Source: Takakia lepidozioides
Lineage: Eukaryota; Plantae; Bryophyta
NCBI GenBank assembly: GCA_030704615.1
Contig: CM060734.1
Location: forward strand, 44,578,001 to 44,642,000
Direction of reading: 5' to 3'
DNA: 64,000 bases
How positions within the stretch are numbered: the first letter of the stretch is position 1; the number at the start of each line of letters is the position of its first letter. The position numbers were made by a program, and so were the translations under genes. The notes under the pieces were generated by a model that saw only the letters and a program-made list of their open reading frames with translations, was not told where the DNA came from and searched no databases. Below are positions 12,301-25,500 of this stretch, piece by piece.

Positions 12301-15300
12301 ATAGAGAACAAAGAACGGGATCTGAGGGCTGGGCTCAGAGCAGGGGCCTCATTTGTTCAAAGTCAACAGCATTGATATTGTTTAACCACACTTGTCAAAC
12401 CGCTTTTGCATCCAGTGGTTCTATGGACAACCTTTGTTTGCCATCCTGGCATCAAAGTGAGGATGCATTAGGCGGGGTTCGCATTTCATTGACTGTGAAA
12501 AACCTTTGCAGGTCCTTCTCTTTGTTCACCCTGATGAATATGAAAAGCTGTGTCCTGTCTATGAGGAAGCTTCGAAGTCCTTCAAAGGAAAGGTAATGCA
12601 CTGTTCCCTTATCTTCTCAACATTCCTATGTTCTCAGGAAATTACACCAGGATGGAGCCCAAGTCACACTCAGGGATATGAATTGTGTTGAAACTGAGCC
12701 CCAAACTGTTAGAACCTCTACTAACATGATCAGAAATAATGCTTCACCTTTCCAAGATTGAAAAAGCTTTGTTAGTTTCATGCAAAAATGACCTTCACCT
12801 TTTTAGAGGGAGATTAGTCCAATATTGTATTGAGGTGTCCAACAGCAAAGCACCCCTCTGGCTCTCTGTGAGCGACCTCCACCAACCTTTGCCACACCTG
12901 GCTCCTATCTGGAACTGTGTATGCCTCAGTAGGATTTTGCTAACCAGGGGTTGATGGTGAAATGCCACCAGTAACGAGATAAGTGATTATGATGTATGCT
13001 AACCATTCCCTTTACGGATGTCTTTGGAGGTATTGGTTCCCCGGGGGATGCTAACTGTCCTGAATCTGCTCATCTGATCTCACCAAGGCACTTTTGACCT
13101 GAAATGGAAACACTGCTGCTGGCATACAGCTGATGACAATCCTTGTACTGGGAACTGATTGTTCCTTGAGGGGCAGGCATTTACATCATACTTGAAAAGC
13201 ATGATTTTGGTTCCTGCGCTTTATCTTGCCCTGTACCTCAAAACAGTTGTTAGTGTCACTATGGAAAGTGAAGACTACAAATGGGAGAAATGTGAGGGAT
13301 AGAGGGCAATGCAGAGCAGGTGCTTGTAAACTTTGACACTATTTGGATGATATGCAGCTTATATTTGTGCATGTGGACCTGGCCAATGAAGCTGCGGCAG
13401 CCCCTGTGCTTGACTTCTTTGGTATTGCGGATGACAAGACCTCGGTACTAGTCCCTGTCTCTTCAACATGGCCATTCTAGGCTTGCTCTTGGAATGTGAC
13501 TGCATTGCAAATGCAGAGAGGTTTCATGTGTCATGTCAAGGTTCCACTTGATCTCTACTTCAATTGAAAAATATTAGTAGTGTCATCTGCACTGCTCAGC
13601 CAAATGCTCTATATCCTTTTTCGTTCACGTTGAGGAGCCCATGGCTGGGGACCATGTGCTCACAAGAGGGAAAGAAATTGTGGGTGCAGATTGTAGGATT
13701 TGTGGCAGAGGAGGAAGGTCACAAGTTTTTGTTTGAGGGTGCCATCACTCTTGATGCACTTAAGGTTAGTTCAGTTTTCTCAGGTGCAGCTACACTTTTC
13801 ATATCCTTGCCCTGTCTTATTAAGAATGAACAATAGAAACAAAAATTGTTTTGTGCAGTACAAAAGCGCGGGAAAAAATAAACTTTATATTGTCCACGGG
13901 GGAACAGTGGGCCTTTGGGACAAAGCATAACAACAAGACACCACTTCAAAACATACCAAACGACACATGGAGACGAAGTGCCTCATCCTAGGGAGAGAGG
14001 GAGAGTTGTCACATTAAAAAGTTCTAATATCCTTGGGCGATACTGCTGTGGTCAGACTTTTGGAGAAGACTTTTTGGCGAACAAGCTGAAACCTTTCCTG
14101 AAGTCCCAACCTGTCCCTGAGAAGGTAGAGTTTCTCTCCCAAAGTCTTTGTTAACCTCTGTAGTGAATAAATGAGTGCAAGATTTCAGATTACCGATTTA
14201 TTAAAAAAAATCATTTACCAGGTGTCAGACTCATATTACCGCATATCATGTTGCCTTGTGTTCCAATGTGCATCCTTTTGGGTGTTTGAGTTCGCAGTCT
14301 GTTATGGTTCAGTTCTTATTTAGTTATTTGGGATGTATCTGGACACTACATGATTATTCATGTTGATGATTATGTTTGCAGAATGATGGTGATGTGAAGA
14401 TAGTGGTAGCTAATAACTTTGATACGATCGTTCTTGATGAATCCAAGGATGTCCTCCTCGAGGTACCCCATTGCTGTGTGCTTGAATGAGCTTAAACTAT
14501 TGCTGAATATTTCACTGGGACATTCTCTCTAGGTCTTTGTGATTTTCTTGCGTTACAAATGTTTTGATGAGAATCCATGGTGTGGTTGCAAATCTGTGTA
14601 AAGGTCGACATGACATGATCGTGCAGTGCTTGTCACGCTCGTCACGCTCGTCTTAGTTTGAAAAGCAAGGGAGAGGATGGGAGGGAAGGTGGGAGGGAGC
14701 TGAAATGGGAAATTGAACTGATTGAACCCCCAAACAGCATTTCCTTGCACTTAGATTTGGGGTATCTCCACACTGTTGTGCAGATTTACGCGCCTTGGTG
14801 CGGGCACTGCAAATCTTTGGAGCCTGAATACCAAAAGCTGGGCGAAAGCTTGCATGGAGTAGAGTCTGTGGTGATAACTAAAATGGATGGCACTAAAAAT
14901 GAACATCTTCGGGCTAAGGTTGGTGCAAGTCCAGCAGTCCATCACTTGACTCAATATTATCCATTTTCATGGTGCTTCTCAGACTGTTCAAAGCCTTGGT
15001 CCTCATGGGTTTGTTGAATCATGTCCCCTGGCCAGAGGTGTAACTTGATTTTCTTATTGTACTTGGGAAACTAGCTCTCTTTAGCTTACTTTGGTGCTTT
15101 CACCATTTTCTCTGACAAAGCGCTACGGGGCTTTGTGTGTTCCTCAGGTAGAGGGCTTCCCCACTTTACTCCTCTTCCCCGCAGGCAAGAAGAGCTCTGA
15201 ACCGGTAAGCCTTGTTGGTACCCTTCACTGCAGGCAGTTTTGAAATTTCCATCTGTATTAAGCTTGGTTTCAGATTTGCACAATGTTTGCATTATAGCAG

Positions 15301-15534
15301 TGGTAGTACTCTCCTCTGCATCCTTGGTGATAAATCTCAGTTCAAGGGGACCTGTTGCAGATACCTGTGGACGCAGAGAGAACTGTGGAAGGGTTATTGC
15401 AATTTTTGAAGGAGAATGTGGCCATCCCCTTCTCTTCACCAAAGAGTGCTGACTCCCAAACGGAATTGTCCGAAGCCACCACAGAAACAGTAGAAGAGCG
15501 TAGCCCTGGGGAGGAGCCCAAAGATGAGCTATGA
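9348..15534 (+). CDS. PDI: Protein disulfide isomerase, PDIL1-3/1-4 type (signal peptide, acidic N-terminal region, a-b-b'-a' thioredoxin domains, KDEL)
   Basis: Two WCGHC active sites (FYAPWCGHC, IYAPWCGHC), signal peptide and C-terminal KDEL-stop at 15520-15534. Exons 9348-9889, 11307-11436, 11611-11773, 11970-12088, 12512-12592, 13358-13444, 13690-13764, 14056-14124, 14382-14462, 14784-14918, 15148-15204, 15361-15534. Confidence 0.95.
10686..11032. repeat. Imperfect tandem duplication (period ~186 bp) in PDI intron 1
   Basis: AGAAAGAATCACGTA...CAAAAAAGTTGGGTACATATAGGGGTC...GGGCATC begins at 10686 and again at 10872. Confidence 0.9.
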
Positions 15535-16651
15535 GTGCTCAGTTCCATTCATTGCGATGAAAATGATGTTTTGAGACAATCTTTTTCTCACCTCGTTAGG
15601 GTAGGAAAATGTAATTTGGCGACAGAGAGGGCAAGCCCCAAGAGGTTCATGTGGGGCTATCAACACCGGCACCCACTTCAGGATGAAGAAATGCAAATAA
15701 GTAGAAGTTGCAATCTGAGATTACTATCATGATGTGTGGTGTCTTCTGCTTTCTCACCCTCGTCCCGTTCAAGTAGAGTATGCAAAAGAGGACTCAGCTG
15801 CATCAGTACTTCCCGAATAGTCATCATGCATTCCATCTTGCACTAAAATCGTTCTGCTGGCCAATTCGCTTTGTAGACCTTCTCCACTGGCGATGATGAT
15901 CTTTGAGGTTGGAAGGCACAGGCAATCACTGTTGCTAGATTTCAGTTAGTCTTCTGAACACAACGGACTGCCAGGAAACTCGAAGTGCATAGCATCTGAA
16001 GGAGAGGTTGATAGAGTGATAGATGAAGTTTAGCAATACCTCGTGATCTCCGTTCTTGCACTCATCCATCCTATCTCCAAGACGGAAGGCTCGGTCCGGG
16101 CCTGTCAACCCCGAGCCCGGCAATTTACACGGGGCAATGGTAGACTGACCGGTATTAACCGGTAGACCGGTAGTCGTCTCTTTCCTTTGGCACACTTGCT
16201 ATATCCAGGCTCAATCCAGCGCATGCTTGGTATGAGAACTTATTAGAAGGCTTGTGGAATCCAGGTCGGAAGCGATCCTTCTGGTTGTTAGAGTCTACCA
16301 AGGTCGTAAGTTCCAGGCGAAGAAATGGCGATGAGGATGATTGTCCGGAGGCTGGTGAATCCACAGGGATACGCATTGTCACGGCCTGGGATGCGCAGGG
16401 CATTGAGCGGCCAAATGTTTCAAGATGAGGAGAAGGGGAGGGAGAATGCTTATATCAAGGTTTTCTCCTAGCCTCTCGAATCTTTCTTCCTGGTGTATGC
16501 GAGTTTGGTCTCGTTCGAGCTTTTCTTTTTCGTATCATTCTTCTGCGAATCGTACTTAAACTTGTCTTTCCACGATTATGAATTGCATGCATCGAAAATT
16601 TAATCTACATCGGTTACATGATAAACAGTATGACACTCACATCAGTCTTGT

Positions 16652-16941
16652 GATGAGGTTCCATTTCCTGGCAAGTTGCATCTACATAGACATTGTGAAC
16701 TTCGGAGTCAGATGTATGATTATCTATCTCTGTTTCTGCAAAGAAGGATCACAGGCGAAAGCATCGGAATTAGTAGACTTGAGAGAGTGAGTTGAGGATG
16801 AGGTTCCATTTCCAGGAAAGTTGCCTCTCCATAGACATTGTGAAGTTCAGAGTCAGATATATGATTATCTATCTCTGTATCTACAATGAAGGATCACAGG
16901 CGAAGGCATCGGAATTTGTAGACTTGAGAGAGTGAGTTGAG
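16652..16941. repeat. Tandem duplication, 145-bp unit
   Basis: GATGAGGTTCCATTTCC...GTAGACTTGAGAGAGTGAGTTGAG at 16652-16796 and 16797-16941 with scattered substitutions. Confidence 0.92.
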
Positions 16942-17846
16942 GAGATGTCTGAACAGATCTGCAAAGGTCAACTCATGGAAAGAGAAGGCTCTTAGGGTGA
17001 CAATGTTGATTTATGCCACTATCTTTTACCAATTACCTTAGGCAAGTTACGCGGATCGTGACCTGAGTATAGCCGTCCTTGGAGCCCCTTTGTATCTGGG
17101 GGCTTGACGGCCCGCGTCCAGACGTGTTGTGTGTACCAGTAAGGACTTCAATTTTATCAAATGAATCTCTAGAGAAGATTATGTCTAAGGAACTAACAAC
17201 TCTTTCTGCAAATGGACCGCACGTTTTTTAGGGCGATGCTTCGATGGAAGTACTCAAAGATTGGATAGGCAACATCAGCACTTAAAATCTGATCTTAGTG
17301 TTATATTCATATGCAAAGTTTCTTAATATTCTGTGAGTGATGCGGCAGTTGAGCAGATTATCTAGTAAATTAGAAGAAGTTCTTCAGCCCATCATTTAAG
17401 TCAGTAATTGCTGCATAATAGGAATTTTGGTCTGCATTGTGGTGACTAAGGGACCACAGAAGGGAGTAGTTGCCTTTGTATTGACAGTATACTATGGATT
17501 TTATACCACTGCTTTTGCTTCTGGTGATGTGAGAATGAAACCCTTTTTCTGTGACCTGCATATCTGTTGTGTATCTGACTGCCACTTAGAACACCCCACA
17601 TCTGGTTTTCTGGTGCGGACATGACAGGGAGGTATGGAGAAAGATTTGGATTGACGCAGTTTGAAGGTGCCTGAACCAGGCTTTTTGATATCATGAAATG
17701 ACATGGACAGTACATGTTGTGGGAATGGCATGAGTACATTCTCTCTCTCTCGCTCTGTGTTTCGTCCTTTTTTGGTCTGTCACAGCAAATGAGGTTTTGT
17801 ACAAATTGAGCATTGATTCATAACATGCTACTTTGTGTTGCAGAAA

Positions 17847-18987
17847 ATGGAGCAGGAACAGCTTGAGAAGCATATCCAGAAGGTACAGGAGAATATAGTC
17901 CAATATTGAACTGTACATTGCCGGTCATGGACTCTCTGACCTTGATAGAATTTGGCTGCTAGCTCATGCTCACATCCATCGTTAATTGCTGAAGCTTTGA
18001 GTGGGGTTGCTGGAATATCATTGGAGCCATTTGTCTTGTGAGTAGATGTGGTTGGTTTGTTTTCTCATTGCTTCCTTTTCTGGTCATATGTGTAAAGATA
18101 TTCCAGTTTAGGGTTTTCAGAATTACACATGGTATTTTGCCAACAATGGGGGTGACAATCATCCTGGTTCCTCATCCTAGATAAATAGCACATATACATG
18201 TGATCATCACTGCTATGTCTATCTACCTGAGTGCTTGTTAGAGGGAGGGGTCTTTTTGCATGGGAGTCGTTTCTCTGAGGTTTTGGGCTTTTCCTTGTTG
18301 ATTGTGGATTTTACAACCAAAAGTACTTTAGTGTGATAGTATGCACTATACGTTGGTCAGGCAGTGTGGAATGGCACCACACCATACTGCAAAGGGGGAA
18401 AACAACTGTGGGCTTTACTGCATGATTAGAATCTTGTACCACTGATGTATGAAAGCAAATAAAGCCTTATATATGTAGAGATGAGTCTAAGTTGTCTGAA
18501 AACTTTGGCTGTCTTCAGAAAAGTAAGATGCTGTGACCTGTGTCACGTGACATTATCAAGCCCTAACGAATTTTGTGGATTCCATTACAGAAAGCTGTTT
18601 AGGATAGCTGTAGTCATTACTACTCCTAATGAATGGAGAAGGATTAAAGCCTGGATTAAAGCTCAGTTTGAGTGGGACCAGAGTTGTGGTTTGTTCCATA
18701 TTTAAAGCGTATTAGCAGCACCAGGCTGTTTTCTCATGTCCATTTTGTCACTGTGTTTGGATTACCACATGCAGGGATTGAGCTTAGAGGAAGCAAAAGC
18801 TGCACTTGCTGCTGAATCAACTGCTCCTCCGTCAACAACTGCCCCTCTAAAGACAGAAACGGGACCAAAGACCTCTACTGACAAGGAACAGAACTATGCT
18901 GTAATTGCCGGTCTTATCGGAGGAGTTGCTCTGGCATTCTGGTATTTCTCCAGCCCCTCTTCTTCCAAAAAGGAAGAGAAGGAGTAG
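17847..18987 (+). CDS. Uncharacterised 82-aa protein with C-terminal transmembrane segment (tail-anchored-like)
   Basis: Exons 17847-17882 (MEQEQLEKHIQK, GT donor) and 18775-18987 (GLSLEEAKAALAAEST...NYAVIAGLIGGVALAFWYFSSPSSSKKEEKE*) join in phase at canonical sites. One hydrophobic helix followed by a short charged tail. Confidence 0.7.
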
Positions 18988-19493
18988 GGTTTCCTACCAT
19001 GCACAATATTTAGTGCATTGCCCGGGGAAGGAAGGAACTCTGGTGCTGTTGCTTGACAGAGAGTTACAGGTCAATCGAAATCATTTGGAAAGGTCTAGAC
19101 TGAGACGTGTGGCCAGTAATTGTGGCAACCATGGTGTAATGAGTACATTTATATCTGTGTTTGTCTCTCTTTGCATCCCAATGGATGCTATTGGAGGCCC
19201 CAAAGAACTCTTTTTATGAATGGAAGTCCCCACCACTGGGCAAGGTTGTGGCCCCCTTCTGCTTCTCCTTCCTTTGTCTTTCTGCTCTGTCTAGACTAGT
19301 CAGCAAGTGTGTGGCAGAAGGCCGCCAGGTTACACTCTCCCACAAATTTCTTAACAATAATGTAATTAAGATTGTTTACCTATATTCTTGGCTCAGGATT
19401 ATCCAACCTGTCTCATCAGTCATTATCACCTACATATGCAATTTCAAATCACTTAGCTCCAATGACACTGTAAAAGAAAACAAATGAATGAAT

Positions 19494-21500
19494 GAATGCT
19501 TATTTTTTCCAAAAGGCAAGGCAGCGGCGTGAAACATCCCTTATCAGCTGTATAAAGGATTCCAATGGTCATGCTATTACTAGGCCCAAAGACATGTCAT
19601 CTGCAGCTGCTGCCCATTTTGCTGCTCTCTTCTCCTCGCAGTCGGACGCAGTCAGACTCTCCCCTCTCTAAACTCTCCCCTCTCTGAAGAGTCACAGACA
19701 GAGGTGCTTTCCTCCTTCCCTCCTCTTCTTATGGCTGAAGACCAGCAGACATTATCCAGCCCCTTTTCGAACATGGAGCTGCTTCAAGCGGTTGAGTCGA
19801 GTCCCCGAGTTCTTTGAAAACTCCAGGCTTGGACTGCTTGCCTGTGGAATTCTTCAAGGGGATGTGGGAGTGCATTGGTGAAGACTTCTTGAATATGGCT
19901 AATGATATCCTCCAAAAGGGCATCATGCCCTCACAGTTATCCCAAGGTGTGATCACTTTGATATACAAAAAAGACGTCCGTGAGAACCTCTCCAACTACA
20001 TGCCTATCACCTTGTTACGTACAAGATTTTGGCTAAGGCAGTTGCTTTGAGATTGCAACCTCTTTTACCTAAGCTCATCAGACCACAACAATCAGGGTTC
20101 CTCAAGAATAGGATGATTTTAGAGAATATCCTACTCACCAACAAGGCCATTCACACAGCTCATGAGGCAAACCAGCCTTTGGTGGTCTTCAATCGCACAA
20201 GTCCCAGTGTTTGAAGTCGATAGATCAAGAGGCCGGGTGCATCATCGTTAGTCGCCTTCCTGCAATCCATGATCTTTAGTTGAGTATCCATGGCATTGAA
20301 GCCCCACCAGCTAGACCTTGGATTACTTGTCAACCTCACCATTGTTATGCCCACTACCTCTGTCCAAGGCATCGTGGACAACCAATCACCGATGGGAACC
20401 TCCTCAAGTGGCAATGTCAAGCATTCCATGTGCCACTTGAGCATTTGTCATACACCAACATGGTTGCGCCGCCACCAGCATGCCCACATAGCATGCAACG
20501 CAACCCTGCAGGTACCACTGCAAGGTTGAGATCTATCCTCCCATCCACATGTGGAAGGTGACATGGCTTATAATTGCGCACATAGTCCTTCCATACCATG
20601 CCATCTCGACCCTCAGAATCAATACTCCTTAGAATCATTGTGACATCCAAGGTCGTATGTGCTGTCTGCTCAGATATACATAGTCCCCAGGGTGGAAACA
20701 CCGAATGCTTGGCCGATATCCCCCTCCACGTATACTAGCGTACCTCAATGTGTCTCGATGGACGTATCAGGTGCAAGCTCAAAAGGTTCTAGCCCAACTT
20801 GAATGTTCCAGTACCCACACAGTAAGTAACTAGTTGACCCAGTTTTTATTTTTTATTTTATTTTGGTGAACCGGGAGCTGAGGCCCTGGTTCATTTATTA
20901 GAATTATTGGAGGGGAAAAAATTAAAACCCTCGATATCGCCATAAGGCACACACACCGTAGTCAATGAAGGGGAGATCGTGCCTACTCATGTAGAGTGTA
21001 AACGAACTAGCAAGGCCTTGGCCTTTAAATTTTACTTATGCCATTCTATGAGTACTGCCGATTAAGGATCATGTGAATCTCGCCGAATCTGGAGTGATGC
21101 AATGAGACGTTGTCTCCTGTTCACTACCCTTGTGTTTTGTACTCAACGAAAGCTAAGCTTGGAGGCTTTAGAAGACTGCTTGATGTGCTTCCAATTTCAA
21201 ACCTCCGACGATGCTGTGAACGGTGCCCCTGATGTCTTAACGACGCCCTCCTCTGTAAATGCTGCTGATTTGCAGTTATGGAAACCTTGGAGCATTGCCT
21301 TATGCATTGTCAAGCTCCATCTATTATCTGGCCAATGGTGAAGGCCTTCTATAGGCGCTGGAATCATGCTAATCTATCGCAGGTTCACACTACGACCAGG
21401 GCTCAAAAACTAGGGCTCTGCCATGCCCTGTATTCGACACTCTCAGAAGCTCAACCTTGTGGCACTTATGGAGAGCCAGATGTAATAGAACGTTCTTAGC
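19494..21500 (+). mobile_element. Degenerate L1-type LINE ORF2 remnant (RT N-terminal part ~19494-20180; zf-RVT/3' part ~21100-21500), interrupted
   Basis: AYFFQKARQRR..., KTPGLDCLPVEFFK...GVITLIYKK...NYMPITLL, LAKAVALRLQPLLPKLIRPQQSGFLKNR, then ETLEHCLMHC..IW and LWHLWRARCNRTF. Several frameshifts. Confidence 0.85.
20380..20765 (-). mobile_element. Ty3/Gypsy integrase C-terminal fragment with PHD finger
   Basis: HRDTLRYASIRGG..R..F.PGDYVY, TTLDVT, EGRDGMVWKDYVRNYKPCHLPHVDGRID...LRCMLCG...TMLVYDKCSSG.WHMECLTLPLEEVPIGDW: a degenerate C4HC3 PHD pattern following an integrase tail like that of moss Gypsy elements (recalled, not searched). Confidence 0.75.
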
Positions 21501-22509
21501 TAGAACTCTCCTCACACTCATTTATTAGGACCTGCAAATTGAGGCTAGGAAGGCGTGGAAAAAATTGTGTGCAAATGTTGCGAGAGCTCCACGACAGGCA
21601 GACATAGGTCTGCTCCATGCCACCTTTACCTCGACTTGGGGGGTGGGAAGGCATCCTATGCTACAGCGCAAACTTGGACAGCTGTGATTGGAACATCTTA
21701 CCCCCGCAAGCTAGCCACTCCCCCACTTTCAATACCTTGTTAGCTACTTGCCACAGAAATTAGTTGGGTTGGGTACAATGGCTCATGAAGTTCTTTCCTA
21801 TTGCTATTGTTTTCCCTATGCGAAGGGTAATGAGTTGTCAGCTTGAGTTGTCCGCCCCTGTTTATGTTTTAAAGCTTGTCATGCTGTAATTTGAAAGAAA
21901 TACAAAACTCTCATAGGAGTGCATTTTTTAGTGGCCTTTTAGCAGTTATTTCCTCTTTGTTATGTTGTTGCTTATCTAAGGTTATGCATTGATATGCAAG
22001 ATCTTGTCAGATATCTTGTCAGATACTTTTACCGCCCAATATGCTTGCCAGTCGATGAAGTCTAGCAACTAAAATATTGCATGATCCAAATGCCCTTGGG
22101 GTATGGAATCTGTAGTCATGTAAAATACAAGTTGCAAGACTTTTCCTAATATATATGTCCAATCATACATGAGTTTTGAGTGTGCAATTTCTAGAGTCAT
22201 TTGGCATTGGAATCTGTAATGTTATTCCTAATCTCTAATTTCAGTGTACAATACTACTTTTGACCTCATCCATCTACGGTTACTAATCAACATTGGGCAT
22301 TCTCGACCTACTTTCACTGGACCTTAAAATTCATTTCCTTTCCATTCCTTCACTTCCTCAACAGAGCCTTCCGCTTCGTACACAATCACTGGACACACTC
22401 TTTTCAACCTTTCCTTCTTTCTATTTCTAACGATGAGTAACTCATCAGTTACAATGGCCTGCAAAGGTAGAAAGCCCATCCAGTACATCTGAGTCTGAAT
22501 GGAGCAGAA

Positions 22510-25500
22510 CTAAGATGCTTTGTAAGCCCAACCATTGTCGAAAAGGAACGATTGCACTGCCTCCTTCAGGGCCAAATTGGGCACCACTTGTTCCGGATAC
22601 AATGTTGCCCGTGTTAATGGGTCAAATTTACCTACCTGAAACAGCCCACCAAAACGAATTTGCATTGAAATGACTTAGTGACTGAAGCTTGAAATGCGAC
22701 TGCTCTTGCTCTTTTCAGAGCTCTTGAATCTACTAGTAGGCCCTTTCCCTCTAATTTGCCCATTTGGGTGTCTGGTAATTGGGCTACTCTCTCTGTGCTG
22801 GGGTCAGCTTCATGCTTCTACGACATGTCAATATCCACCTTCTGCCCAACTAGTCAGAGCTCATGGAAATACCCCAATAGGAAAATCAAGTTCATGGACT
22901 TCAGTTCACACCCAAGCACAGTGTAATGAATATCCTCCCTCAAAAGGAAACCAATGCCTTACAGGCAGAAGCTCCTGTCAAAGCTTAGCCAGGTACTTGT
23001 CTGCAGGCCAGCTGACAAACAGACAGCCTCAAACATATGCAAACATTTGGCCTCACCTTGCGAAGATGCTCATAGAGTGCAGCCCTCTCATATGTGACAC
23101 CACTTGGGGTGATAACAGGGTCTCGAAAGATGTCCATAGTTATTTTGCAGCACAGGTGATCAGGTATCTGTCAAGAGTATGACAACCATCATCAGAAAGT
23201 GCCCCACCCTCAGCAGCTCTTGCTGACCATGACAGGCCGACATAACAAATACCTTTCAGGGCTGAGCAAAGCTCCCCTATTGGCCTGCGGGTACTGGAGC
23301 TCTCTCACACAGTGGAGGTACAGCTAGGCATCAATAAACCCCAAAAAGTATGTTGTAGTTGTTGGAAAGCAAGCTAGTACCAACCACAAGTATTTACATC
23401 ACAAAACATAAAGATTGTTCAAGGAGACATCCAGACACATCTCAGCATCCACTTCACTCTTAACTGAGTATTTTCTTGAACAGAAAGTTCACAACACAAA
23501 CTAAGCACAACTTATTTTGGTGCAAGCTATAAGCTGGAAAAAAATTTAGACCCACTAAGTCCTCTCTTCATGTGTCTGTTGTGAGAGCGATTGGGGATGC
23601 ATTGTCTCAGGGCCTTCAATGAAGTTCGGTTTGTTACAAGGAACTAGAGAGAACCCACCTCAGCTGGCCTGTCAGGCGCACTGGCCTTATCAAATACTTC
23701 AGAGAGAGTCTGAAACCGCTCCTGGTGCGACTCACTTAGCTTAGAGAGTTCATCAACTCGCCGCTGGTCAGCTGACACATAAGCTTGGCTCTGCATTGAG
23801 GTTTTGCTAGCAGCCTCAGACGCAGCACTACCAATTTCCTCATTCTCATCAATGTAAATTACACTGTCCGCACCCTGCCTTTGCTCTTGCCTGGCTGTTG
23901 CAGCCGCATGTTTTACCTCCCTCACCCTTTTCTCATATTCTTGTCTAAGAAGCCGCTCAAGGAACACTCTAATAAACACAACCCCACAGCACAGTACTTC
24001 AGAGGACACAAAAGAATAAAATAACACCACATCATAATTTTCAACTTCAAATTATCATAATATTCATGCAAAGCTGACAACAAGGGTACTAAGTATGTTA
24101 TTCCTGAAAGCTGGAATACAGAGAGTTAGCACTTCAGTTCCACAACAAACTCAGAATAAGAAATGGGGACAGAAGGGCACTATATAGCATCGACTATGAG
24201 GTGGGCTTCTCTTTACATATAAGTTCAGCTTGGAAAGGGACAGGCTCACAGTAACTGGTATGCAGGGTCAAAATGCAACCCCACCACACTTCAGACTTGA
24301 TTTACACCCATGAGCCTGTGCACATGATTTAACTGTACATGGCCAGTAGGTCAGGGCCGTGGAAGCTTGTATGTCAGCAAAAGCACAGAATTCTAACCGA
24401 AGTAAGATGTACAAGATTTAAACACACTTCAATTCGCGTTGTTGGCGCTGCCGGACAGTGGCACCTTGCTCCCACTCAGTGTAGCGAGCTTTAGCCAGCT
24501 CCTGCCATATCTCCTCAACCATGTAATTCCCTGGCTTCCCCCCCCTTCCAAGTTCCAATGCCTGCATCCATCATATATGAAACATGACATGTATGTGAGT
24601 CACAGGCTCACATTTTCATTCTAGACTTAATCCCCTCAGATGACCTACATATACTCTTCCAGTTCAACTTTGGCCAAGCCCTACCTCTAGAAAGCACTCT
24701 GCCGGCCTATGTCAGTGTCAGATAAAATGACCATGTTCATTTCCTCAAATGCAACGGAATCGCCACGAGAGTGAGGCAAAAAAAACCTTTTCCAGCTGCT
24801 TCACAGCTTGGCCATACTCCTTGCTTTGTAATAATGCCAACCCCAACATGTAGTGTGCCTGAAACCATCATTTCCACGACCACGATTTCTCAATACTCCA
24901 AAGCATAAACCCGGGATCGTCCAATCAAACCAAACAATCTGTCTACTGATGGTAGTCCACCACCCAGACACGTGCTAAGTAGAGGGGTGGCAGGATCACC
25001 AGTGGAAGATGTCACTATAGTAACTTACCTTGGAAACAAGCATCACCATCCCCTGCACAGTAAGGCTTGCAGGATAGATAGCCCTCAACTTTCCATTACA
25101 ATGGTCCTCAGTAGGCTGAGCAATGAAAAAAAACCCTCATGGCATGAATCATAAAAACAATATCCTCGGTGACCTTACATGCCTAGGACAAATTACAACA
25201 AGAGTGATGGTGAGGTTAGCAACCTCACATTGAAATTTCTCTCTCCACAGGGTCTCACTAACTTAAACATCTCGTTTTCTTCGCCAAGCCTCACATGGCT
25301 CTCCCTTGTCTTGACTGAAGAATTTCATGCTAATTGGCTACACCTCATCTTCATCAGACCATGGGGAAGGAGGAGATATTTGGGAATTCCATAAGGAAAA
25401 CCACCTAACCTTGACAGAATTGTTGTCCAGCTCTAAGGCTCTCCTACAATCAGCCTCAACACGCTCCCAATCACTGCACAAACCAAGAACCCTGTTATTT

